Part shown: positions 32,116 to 50,436 of the stretch, piece by piece
How positions within the stretch are numbered: position 1 is the first letter of the stretch
Layout of the letters: each line of letters opens with the position of its first letter
From: Spirogloea muscicola
Taxonomy: Eukaryota
DNA length: 50,436 nucleotides
Assembly: GCA_009602725.1 (NCBI GenBank)
Contig: WELB01000008.1
Location: forward strand, 529,945-580,380
Direction: 5' to 3'
Made by a program: the position numbers and the translations under genes
The notes under the pieces: model-generated
The model's input: only the letters and a program-made list of their open reading frames with translations
The model's database searches: none
What the model was told of the DNA's origin: nothing

Positions 32116-32432
32116 AAGAAGAAAGTGCTCGCCCATTGAGAATAGGGGCTGGAACAACCAGCCCGAAAGAGAGAGAAGGCGCGCGGGGCGCATGAATTGA
32201 AAGGGAGGCCAATTCAAGCCAATTCAAGCCCGAAAAAGAATGAACAGAGTACGAGAAGGGGGCCAGGGGAAGCGCTAAGTAACAGAAACAGAGCTGCTAC
32301 GAGACACTCAGTAACCCCTGCTAAGCAGCCGCAGATCAGAGATGCTGGGCTCCTGGAAGTGGGTCCCCTGGCCAGAGCCAGAGGCAGCAGCGAGGGCTCT
32401 GCCGGCACGAAGGTGCAGCGCCCGGGCCATGG
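32116..32432 (-). mobile_element. Young CRE-like 3' fragment running into the assembly gap; carries a nested 58-bp subfamily B insert
   Basis: Reverse complement of 28106-28352 apart from the insert at 32169-32226, which is flanked by AGCCCGAAA direct repeats. Confidence 0.85.
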
Positions 32433-39886
<7,454 letters not shown>

Positions 39887-40244
39887 CAGGTGCAAGTCAT
39901 TCTCCTTCTTGGCATGCTGCAGCGGGGGAGCTTTGATCTGGCCTGCAAATCCTCATCACATGCCGTGCAGTGCTCCTCTTGTTTATCGGCAGGCCCGTAC
40001 AATTTATGACTCAATAATGCAGTGCACCTATTACTTGCTGACATGGCCTAGACTGCGGTTGCAGCCTTATGCACAGGCAAGAGATCATTTGGGCAGTGTG
40101 GATTGACACAAGGGAGCAGTGAAGAGCCCACAACTGCCACCAGTGTACACCCTCGTGTGCCAATCACTTTGTCGTCCACGGTAAAACAATGTGAGTACTG
40201 TCAAATGCGGCCTAACCTTGAAATAACCTCAATTCCGGGTCATG

Positions 40245-41985
40245 TCACAAGTCAGCTTCTTTGCTCTGCTCCATGATGTCTGCCATAAGGGCTGCAGAAT
40301 GGAGCTGCGAAAGCGAGCCATCTTGGTGGGCCCTTGAGACAAAAAGCTCGCCAGCGGCCATCATGTCCTTGATCCACTGCCACGTGCGGCTGGGGCCCTC
40401 ACCCTTGGCACCAAGGCTGAGGAACTGAAGGCGGTCCTTCTTCATGGCCTGCATGCATTGGTCTGCTTTCTCAGCCTATAACAATGCAAAGACATGATCT
40501 TGTTGCAATGTACTCGATCACCGCAGGATAACAAGGCGTTTTCTGCGGCATCGTTCGGATCACAACCAACAGACAGGAGGCAAGTCATCTATCTTGTCCA
40601 CTGAAGGACAAGATGACCAGCAAGGGGAATACCGGATCGTCAGTGTAATCAAGCCAGACCGTTGGCCGGCTGCCACCCAAAGCTAGATCCTGCCTGTGGA
40701 CGCAGCAACAGTGCAGCCCAATATTGGTGAAGTCAGTATACTGCAAAGATCAACACAGGGGCAGCTTAATTGGCTGTCACTTAAGTCTACCATATAACTA
40801 GGTAACTGATTGCTTGTATCCAGACTGTGGTGGTTCATGTCACACAGATGACTTGCTTCAGCACAAGCCACTGCTAGCTGTCTATCAATTGACTGACAGC
40901 ATGGTGCGATGCTCCATACTCTATGAGGGTGGAGTCCAGAAGACAGTAAGCAACCTTGATGCGAACAGTGAGCCATCAAGAGAGCGCCGACCGCGGAAGT
41001 GTGCCCACGGGTGGCCGTCCATGAACCAGGGTATGTGCACGGACGCCAGGCAACAGTCAATGAGGTCGTCGCGGCTGGCGAAGTCGGTGAATGACTGCCT
41101 TGCAAAGCCAGTGCTCCTGCGTGCGCGTGCAATAGGCCAGGCCGAGGTGGACAGCTATAAAACGTCTTGCTCAAGCACCATGTCCCCAGGGTGCATCTCA
41201 GAAACCCAACACCTGACAACGACATGGAAGGTGTGGAATGGAGCATTTAAGGTGCATTGCTTATCAGCTGGGCGCGCAAAGCTGGCGGTAACTCATATCA
41301 GCGGGGCAAGGGCAGTGCGGCCGGGCAGGCGTGCATGCCGGTGCCGGATGCTGGGGAGGTGGACAACATAAAGGTGCAGGCGGCCCCGGCAGCGCTCGGC
41401 GGCGTCGCAGGGCAGCATGCTTTGCAACCAGAGGCGTATCAGCCCGCCCCAGATGCCTCCAAGGCCTGCGTGTATGGCGGCCAGGGCGAGCTGCTGAGAC
41501 CAGCGATAAGTGGCGGCAGCCATGGGCAGCGGCGAGAGGCGGCGGTGGCAGTGGCAGGTCCTCTGAGCGCTGGCGCAGGCGGCCTTGGGCGCTGCGTACC
41601 GGCGGGGTTGTCCCAGACCTTGTGGTCGAGCGAGAGCTGGAACGCGGCCTCGGCGGCCGCGGCGCCGTCGACGCGGCAGGCAGCGAGCGTGGCGGCGAGC
41701 GCGCCGGCGCTGGCGCCGGCCATGTCCACAGCGCCCAGGTCGTAGCGCTGCGCCAGGCCCGCCGCCGCGCCCAGCTGCCAGTAGAAGAACATGCCCCTGC
41801 AGCGCCCCGCAGCTCGCGCCGCGTGGTGAGCGCCAAGGCTCGCCCGCCGTCGTGGGGCCATGGCTGGCGCGGCTGCGCGGGAAGCTCTGGCGCCCACCCG
41901 CCTGGGAAGCTCAGCAGCGGCCGCGCGGCGGCGGAGGCGGCGGCGGTGGCGGCGGCGGCGGAGGCGGCGGCGCCTCGAGTGCCAT
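40245..41985 (-). CDS. Patatin-like phospholipase/acyl hydrolase
   Basis: Oxyanion motif LSFPGG/GMFFYWQLG, nucleophile elbow GASAG, then GIWGGLIRLWLQSMLP, DDLIDCCLASVHIPWFMDG...SLDGSL, and a last exon ending TGA at 40245. The start codon is uncertain. Confidence 0.85.
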
Positions 41986-42206
41986 TGCACGTTTCGTCGC
42001 CGCTTCGAAATTTGCCTACACTTAGGTGAACCTGTGTTGGCTGTCCGGCGCTGCTGAAGAGGTCAGGGCACGTGGGAGACCCCTCAGCCCGGCGCCGGCG
42101 CCGGCGGCGGCACTTTGCGGGTGGTCCATGGCGGTCGCCAAGGGCCAGGTGCCAATCAACTTTGCAGCCTCCGCCCATTGCGGCTATCTCCGCTGTTGTC
42201 AGCCTN

Positions 42207-44717
42207 CCGCGACCGCGCCGTGCGCCTGTGGAACCCGCACCGCGGCGCCGCCGTCGCCGCCTTCCTCGGCCACGGCCGCGATGTCCGCGACGTCGCCGCC
42301 GCCGGGTGCGCTTCTGCCGCCGCCGCCCATTCGCCCGCCGCGGCGAAGAATTCTATGGTGGAGCTTCTGGGCGCTGATTGCAGCACAGGCCTAAAGCCCC
42401 AAACCCCCAAACCCATCGGCTGCCGCTGCAGGGACAACGGCAGCCTGGCGTCGTGCGGCGGTGACCGGCAGGTGTTCCTGTGGGACGTCGCGACCACGCG
42501 CGTGGTACGCAAGTTCCGCGGCCACGACGGCGAGGTCAGGATCCCCTCGTCGCTCTCGCTGCGCGCTGGTGTGTGGAATTATTCAACTGGAAGCAGTGGG
42601 AGCTCGCAAGCGCCCTGCTGTGGAGAGGGCTGCTGGGGGCCGCCGCCTGCCACGTTCCCATTCAGCCCCATTCGTCGGTCTTAGGGTTCAGGTTTAGGGT
42701 TAAGGGTTAAGGGCGCCCTGGCACCACGGCGTGACCACAAGCACTACAGCGCGGCCGTTCCATCAGGGTAACAGATAAATATGATGAAGCTAGTATCAGT
42801 TACAATATGATGAGATGAGGGCCCACGCTCCCAGAACGAGAGGGGGTCGGGTTTGTAAGGCTCAGGAGCCGTTATCAGGCCGCCCGAGTTCAAATCCTTC
42901 CTGTTGCGCTCCTCGGCGAGGCTGATCATGGCAGCTCACCCTGGCCTGCCACAGGTGAATGCCGTCAAGTTCAGCGACACGTCCGCGGTGGTCGTCACGG
43001 GTGGCTACGACCGCAGCGTCAGGGCTTGGGACTGCCGCTCGCGCAGCATCGATCCCATCCAGGTCCGCTCTCCCCTGTCACCACGACTGCTTCCTGCACC
43101 AACCAAGTGAGAAGCGGTTGCAGCCTGGACATTGATGTGATATTGACTGCTGACTATGTAAGTGCACTGAAGCCCATGTTAAGGAGCCCTCAGCGCTTCG
43201 GCTATATGCAAGTTATGCCAGCCTGCGATGCTCAAAGCGGCAGCAATGTATGTCTTGCGAGCAGCTGGCAAAGTGCTGTAATTGACACGTGGGAGGGCCG
43301 GTTTGCTTGCTCCTGACATGCGAGCTCTGTACGAGCAGAGCAGGTGATCGACCCGTTCAGCGACAGTGTGTCGTCCGTGGCGCTGACCAAGTCGGAGATC
43401 GTGGCCGGCAGCGTTGACGGCTCCGTCCGGTCACTTGACATCCGCATGGGCCGGTAATGGTGAAGCATGGCCTCCTAGATGCATTGCTTACAAGTAGCTC
43501 GATAGCTACTTGTAAAGGGCAATCCAGAACGTCTGCAGCAGCGTTGTCCATGCAGCAAATTGTTTCCCGGATGCAGAAAGCTCAGGCTTTTGACCACATC
43601 TTAATTTCACTTATCTGGAAATACAGTAGGGATGGAGAGCTGCAGTTTTTTGCGTCATCTGGCTCAGCCTGTTGCCCTGCTTCCCCATCTCGCTCTGTGT
43701 AGGGTGGTCTCCGATCATCTGGGCCGGCCGGTGACCAGCGTGAGCCTCTCCAATGACGGCAACTGCGTCCTTGCCGGCTGCCTGGACAGCACTGTGCGGC
43801 TACTTGACAAGTGAGGCCCCCTGAATACCGCATACGGCGTCGGGACCAAGGGCAGCTGCAACTTCCTGCAGCACCGTGATGATACATCCTGCTCCCAAGA
43901 GCTGGTTACAACATGTGGAGTTTAGCCTTGCAATTGACAGGTATCTGACCTCGTGGCAGGGCATCAGGCGAATTGCTAAACGAGTACAAAGGACATGTGA
44001 ATGAGGTAGGTGATGGCTAGCTCAGCGGTAACAAAGGGTTGCCGAGGCATGTGCGAGCCCCTTGTGGACAGTCGCTGGGCAAGGAAGTGATGGCATCACT
44101 TTATTGTTATCAGAGTGTGCAGGGCATGCTCTGCTGCTGTGACGACACAATCATTATTGCTGATCCTTGTTGAGCCTCATAATAGATTGCCTGGGCTTCA
44201 GGTGCTCTTGCATGAGTGTGCTACTTGAGCTCTCTAGCTGATGGGTAGCCTGACCAGCTGTTCAGTCTCTTACGAGGGCTGCAAGGCTTGCTCTGTGCAG
44301 TCATACAAGCTCGACAGCTGCCTGAGCAACACGGACGCGCATGTCATCAGTGGATCTGAGGATGGACGGATCTGCTTCTGGGACCTTGTGGACGCCAGAA
44401 TGACTTCAATTAAAGGCCATACAGCAGCGGTATGCCAGGAGTCAAGCCTGAGATGCTGGTTTTGCACACCTGCAGGCTAATGTGATTGTCGTGCTCGTAT
44501 TGTGTCTCACACCTGGGATTGAAAATTGCAATGTTGTGCATGCACAGAGGGTAGGAGGGCTGAGGTTGTGCAAGTCTGTGATGCCATAATTGCAGCAGGG
44601 TATTGCTCAAGTTGTAGCAGTAATTGGTTGCAGGTGACAGGTGTGTCGTATCACCCCAAGGAGTGCTGCCTGCTGACATCATCAGTGGATGGCTCAGTGG
44701 CTGTGTGGAAACGCTGA
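42207..44717 (+). CDS. WDR83: WD40-repeat protein WDR83/MORG1; N-terminus lost at the N at 42206
   Basis: Exons read RDRAVRLWNPHRG, DNGSLASCGGDRQVFLWDVATTRVVRKFRGHDGE, VNAVKF...GYDRSVRAWDCRSRSIDPIQ, ...GSVDGSVRSLDIRMG, ...SNDGNCVLAGCLDSTVRLLDK, ...GSEDGRICFWDLV and VSYHPKECCLLTSSVDGSVAVWKR*. Confidence 0.92.
42681..42713 (+). repeat. Degenerate interstitial telomere-like tract in a WDR83 intron
   Basis: TTAGGG TTCAGG TTTAGGG TTAAGGG TTAAGGG. Confidence 0.6.
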
Positions 44718-45948
44718 GGCAGCCCTTAAAGCTTCCAGCACATATTCCGAATGCGTGAGGTGGCGAGAGTATTGTACAGGAATTTCTGCACTACGACTGG
44801 GTGTACAAATATGTGTAGTGCATGCTGATAGTGAAGTACTGAAAAGAAGGTATTCCAAAGCCAGCCTGATAGCCAGAAATCAAGGTCAATTACATGCAAT
44901 CTTGCGACTGCTCCGAATAGGGCAAAGTAGCAGTGAAGGTTAGCACGAGGGCAAGCATGCAGCATTGATTTATTGTCGAATCAGAGAGAAGGCAAAGGCC
45001 GTGCACACAAGCACAGGTGCACGCAAGGGCCACTATTGTCTCCAGCCTATGTCCAGTTGCTATGACCTCGTAGCAGCCAATTCTTGCTGCCTCAGCTGCT
45101 GCTTGCCACTTCTGGCCCTCCATATTGCTGATGGGTTTTGCTCATCAAGCAATACATGCCATCTGGTAAGTAGTGACCAAACCAACCCCTTATGCTGAGC
45201 AAGCGCCTGTTATGACTAGGCATCCGCTGAAAGAAGACTGCCTGCGTTAAGGCCACTTTGACAACTCAGGGAATATGAATCACGCTGGACACAGGCTGAC
45301 TGTTCCGCACAGTCATAGATGTCATCGTTCAATCGAAGCCAGCCTTATAAGATGTGGCTCATACTACTAAAAATGGCAGGGACACTGACTGGCAAGCTTG
45401 CTTTTCCAAATTGCAATGGAAGAGACGGAGAATGAGGTGACTGCTGGCAGGCTTCTGGTATTGTCCAAAATTGCAATGATCCAGTTGCCATTGAGAGGCC
45501 AATCAAGCCACTGTCATCTTAGGTGCATCATCAATGACTACGTCTCTGCTGCCCGACCAGACATTGCTGGGCACCTACAGTGCGATGTTGCATGATGCAA
45601 TCTGACATGTCAAAACCTGTCTACTGTCCTCAGCACATAAAAACACACTGAAGCCTGACAACTCGATGCAGATTTGTCCAGCAAAGCCACTAGCATCTTG
45701 AGAAACTAATAGCGCCAGAATGCCACGTGATCAAGGTCAGGTGGTTGGCCAGTGGTTGGCCAGTGCATGTGACATAGCTCAAGGAGCACATACCAGCTGG
45801 CCAATATGGCCATGCAAACAGAGCCACGGAGCTGCTCAATCTGGCAGCCACTGAGTTGCCCAATGTGGCAGCCATCCTGTGGCTTGTTGCACCTTTGTGC
45901 TACTGCTTGTATGTACCCAAAATCATCAAGGATTGACGTACATCGATC

Positions 45949-48900
45949 TCATCTCTTTCGAGGCTCATCTAAGAGGGAACTTATGACGTCTAAAGTGTCC
46001 ACTCCTGTCTCGTCTAATGTGTTGGCCGTCCTTTGCAACTGTCGCCTGACTAGCTTCTCATACACTCCATCCTCTGAAAAATACGATGCGCAGAGGCATT
46101 ACTACAAGTGACTTGGACAATCAGATTACACCAGACATTCATCTCTGCTGAGCAAAGGAGAGGCACAACAGAGTTCCAAGCAGCAGTCATTACCATTGAT
46201 ACGACACTCGTTTTATAATTACTTTGAGACATTGAGAATGCCAGAAATTAAGCTACACCCTGCAATATTAATCTACAATGCAAATATTGTTCTACAATCA
46301 GGAGATAGGGAGGTGTTGGTACATACTTCTTTGGAGAAGCTCGTCATGTGTGCCCTGCTCCACCACTGAGCCCTTGTCGATGACCGCTATCATGTCCGCA
46401 TTTCTGACTGTGGACAGCCGATGGGCCACCAGCACCACGGTGCGGTTGCCCTCTGAGATGAGCCGGTCCAAGGCTGCCTGGACCAGCGCCTCACTCTCGG
46501 TGTCCAGGGCGGACGTGGCCTCATCGAGCAACAGTATCTTGGGCTTGCGCAGCAACATTCTTGCAATAGCCACACGCTGCAACCAACATATGCCACCGTA
46601 TAACGACAGAATCTGATTAACAAAGAGAACATCCTAATTGCCGCTGGTGGTCACAGCATATCCACGAAAATCACAGCGCAAGGTTGGCAACCGTAATAGG
46701 TACATGCAGGAGGAGCACATGATCAGGTGAAGAAGGTGATAAGGTCATCAGGTGTAAAGAGATTGACCTGTCGCTGACCGCCAGATAGGCGAACGCCCCG
46801 CTCGCCAACTCGGGTTGCATAGCCCTCAGGGAATCTCATGATGAAGTCATGAGCATTCGCACTCCTAATGACATGCAAAACAAGATACACTTGGTAGCAC
46901 ATCAAACATTGTAGATTGACGGTGTTCAAGGTCAAGGCATGTAAAAATGTCACGCACGGTTGATATAAACCATAAATATTGACTGTGATCAGTGGTAGCC
47001 TCATGAGTGATTACTGATAGCGCTTGCACAAAAGAATCTACTATATATTACTGGCAACTGACGGACCTGGCGGCATTCTCGAGCTCCTCTTGAGTGTACG
47101 ACGGAAGGCCATATGTAATGTTCTCCTCAATGGAGGAGGCCCACATCTGCGTGTCCTGCGCCACCAGCCCCATGTGCTGATGGACTGTCTTTAGATTGAG
47201 GCTCCGCAAGTCCCAGCCATCCAGCAAGATGGAGCCCTTGACGGGGTCATAGAAGCGCATGAGAAGGTGCACGAGCGTGGACTTGCCGCCGCCTGACCGC
47301 CCAACGAGGGCGCACACGCTGCCCTTAGGAATAGTCAGGCTGACGCCCTGGAGCACTGGATGCTGCGGCCGCATCTGGTAGTGGAAGTGCAGGTCCTCCA
47401 ACTTGAGCTCGCCTTCCACGCTAGAGAGCTGCCACTCAAGCAGGCTCAAAGTCACAAGTCTGAGCTACTTCCTCACAAAGCTTAGTGCCATGCATGCATG
47501 CAATAAAGAGCAGGTGCAGGCAGAGAGCAGAGGGTGCCGCCTGACCTTTGTGCCCGAGTTGGGGTCGATGTCAGGCAGAGCGTCAATCAGCGAGAGCACG
47601 CGCTGGGCCGCCCCCGCCGCGCGCGTGAGCGACATGAGGACCGACATGATGCTCTGATAGCCCGACTGGATGAGGTTCCAGTAGAGCTGGAAGGTAATCA
47701 GCTTGCCAACGGATAGCTTCCCATCCATCACCAACACGCCGCCATACCTGCACGAGCAACAGTGTTGTAGACTTCAGGCAGCCAAAACCTTCAAATGAAA
47801 TTTAATAATATAGAACTACAGTAACATATACAAGCCATAGAATACCTCTGGCCAACAGAAGCTAAGGGAGTCTAGGGCCCATGTGTATGTGTCAACCAGG
47901 ATCTATGGGTGTATTGCTGCTCTTCTGCATCAGCAGTCTTCACAAAGAGGGGCAAAGGAGATGCACCAACCAAACATACCAGAGAATGAGCACAGATGCG
48001 CCGAGGTCTAGCCAGTTGTTGATGGCCACTGCCCCTGAGTAGGCAAAGGCGTCCCGGACGCCCTTCTGCATGGCCCCATATGTCTTGCTCTTGAAACGCT
48101 CGACCTCGGTGTCTTCGGTGGAGAAAGCCCTCACTGTGCGTATGTTACCCAGCGCCTCGGAAGCTGCTGAGTTGGCCTCCGCAAGAACCTGGAGCGCAAA
48201 CAACAAACAGCCCCCTCGAGACCTTACTACTGTGTGGAAAGCAACAGGGGATTGGTCACAGAGTCAACTGGTCAACGATTCAGACAGACAATTAGCAACC
48301 TAGAGATACATAACACAGTAACTAACATAACATGACACAGTTAAAGGGAAGGAACATATTTGTGCTGCGAGCTGCAACTGCCTCACTTACTGCGTAACGC
48401 TTGCGGTTGAGCTCGCGGGACCAGCGGGAGTAGACGGCGGTGATGTGCATGATGGGCGCCATCGTGGTGAACGCAAGCATGCTGAGCTTCCAGCTCGTCC
48501 AAAAGCACATGACGAAGCCGCCTGTCAGGCCCAGCACGTTGCGCAGCAGGGTGGACAGCATCCAGTTGAGCGGCTCCGCCATGGACGACACATCATTGGT
48601 CAGCCGACTGGTCAGCTGCCAACATGGCCACCAAGACGACAAGGTAAAGTAGTCAGTCATACCAATAAACCAGGACCTTCATCCTTAAACAGAATAAGTC
48701 AGCATGTGAGACTCCAAGAGTAAGAGCAATCATCGAAGAATTTGTATGAAAATCAACAGATAGGAGCTTGGGCGGCGCAGAGTACTGACCTCGCCCGATG
48801 TCGTGGCATCAAAGTAAGCAACATCCTGGATGATGACCCCCTGGAAGAGGCGGTCCTGCAGTGTCTTGAGCACACGCTTGCCAACCACGCTGAAGCAAAG

Positions 48901-50058
48901 CCCGCGGATGCCCCCGAATATACCAGTCACCAGGCTGAAGACCACCATGAGTAGGACGTCGCGTCGAAATTCGCGCGGGTTGTGCTTGATCACCTGGTCT
49001 AGAATCCTGCCCTGCAAAATAGCATGTGCAGCTCCGGCTTGAGAGTACGTACACATGACAATGTAGAAGGGACACAACAGAGAGTTAGATACAAGTAGCA
49101 CAGTGCAGCAGGAGCTCTGTTGTCACAGTAGCACTGAACTCTGAACATACTTTCAACCTGTAATCGGTGCACAACAGATAAGCAGCCTTAAAAAACCGTG
49201 GTGCGCAGATATGATAAAAATTTGTACCACTTAGGCAAGGGGAGGTGAGTTGACAGGTTCGAAGTTGATACTTATATACATACAACATCTTAATCACACA
49301 TACATTACTTCATAGGGAGGAGCACCTGATAGTGGGGGAGGATGAGGCCAGATGTGGAGGTCACACCGAGACACATGAAGCCAATGGAGATGACGAAAAG
49401 CTCCTGGCGCGCGAGCGCGACGGCGCGCATCAGGTAGCTTCGCTGGTTCACGTCGCGCTCTACACGCACGCCCTTGTCACCCCGCAGCCGGCCCTCCTTC
49501 AGCAGTGCCGCCGCCGAGACAGGTTCCGTGTTGCTGTTGGCGCCCCAGGCGGACACGCGACCAGCAGGCGCGCAATTCAATCGACTTTGGTCGTCAACCC
49601 CTTGTGCTTGTTTGCAGATAAAGAAGATGCTAAGCCGGCTTGTACACTCCCAGAGTTTGAGATACAAGCTAACGATTATTATATCCAGCATGAAGGGATG
49701 CAATTACTCAACACTCCAGCAGCGACATCCACAGTACAAGGCATACTTGTCACGCCTTCAAACAGTCTTACCTGGCTCGCACAGGGCCGTTGGCTCCCAC
49801 TACAACGTCAACCTGGGCACCATCACCAGACCTGGTTGCGGAGAACTCTTCGGCCTTCTTCGCAGCCAGGGCGCATGCGCGGCCCAGAATACCGGCGTCG
49901 TCCACGACGCGGCTCACTAGCACACTCTCCAGGTTGATCCAAAGCACTGCGGAGCCCATGAGCACTCCCTGTGCAGCCTCCCACGAGAAGTCGAATGCCA
50001 CACACTTGGCACCCACATAAACCTGCCGGACAAGGAGGGCCCGTCGCAATGTGAGCAC
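45949..50058 (-). CDS. Half-size ABC transporter, subfamily B (TAP/ABCB-like); 5' end not resolved and may extend beyond this point
   Basis: Transmembrane exons ([31 protein letters not shown]), Walker [11 protein letters not shown]-loop VAQD, signature LSGGQRQR, Walker [14 protein letters not shown]-loop VAHRLST, and a last exon [10 protein letters not shown]...TGA at 45949-45951. Confidence 0.95.
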
Positions 50059-50436
50059 AACCTGTCAAGTGCAATATTACAATGCGAGCTAGCAAGCAGC
50101 TTGCCTGCCCAGCTCAACAACACGAAGCCAATGCTCAGCTCGATAGCCGCTTGCCAAGACCAAGCGCCAGCCAACTCTCAACAAGACCACAGCCTTACAC
50201 CTCACAGCATGAGCAATGATCTGATCACAAAACCCAGGTAACTAAATTTCAAGGTTTTAAATCAGGTCCTGGTCCTTTCTGCTGGGAACGGAGGAAAGAT
50301 AAAAGGGTGCGCGGATGGTGGGAAAGAGGGAAAAAGGAATGGAGGGTGAGAACAAGGAAGGGGGAGAGGCAGGGACGGCGAATGAGATGAGGAATGAGGA
50401 AAGGAAAGAGGGAGGAAGAAGAGAGGGAGGGCCGGG

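Noticed and set aside
42781..42925. Possible intronic C/D snoRNA (two ATGATGA, a CTGA) and a B-box-like GTTCAAATCC
   Set aside because: No convincing terminal stem, rRNA antisense element or tRNA fold could be identified by eye.

Overview
Intron-rich, GC-rich eukaryotic nuclear DNA, most likely from a streptophyte green alga. This is inferred from the land-plant-type RbcS loop and the plant-type RSS3-like, PTD, C3H7 and TERT proteins. Ten spliced genes can be read: a CCCH zinc-finger protein of the ZC3H3/AtC3H7 type (5'-partial), a bHLH-MYC_N/RSS3-like protein, meiotic PARTING DANCERS, rbcS, a two-domain DJ-1/PfpI (one exon is inverted and frameshifted), CMC4, telomerase reverse transcriptase (start lost in a gap), a patatin-like lipase, WDR83/MORG1 (start lost at an N) and a half-size ABCB transporter. 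The intergenic spaces from about 4 to 32 kb are stacks of very short 3' ends of at least three related non-LTR retrotransposon subfamilies with a restriction-like endonuclease (CRE-like). These ends are inserted into each other's 3' UTRs next to a conserved GGCTG-N7/8-CAGCC hairpin. Several 28-58 bp inserts carry target-site duplications, and two have empty-site controls inside the window. Other points are a decayed tRNA-Arg(UCU) in an intron, a dense G-box/ABRE cluster, two tandem repeats, telomere-like tracts and several assembly weak points. All protein family calls come from recalled motif similarity; no database searches were run.
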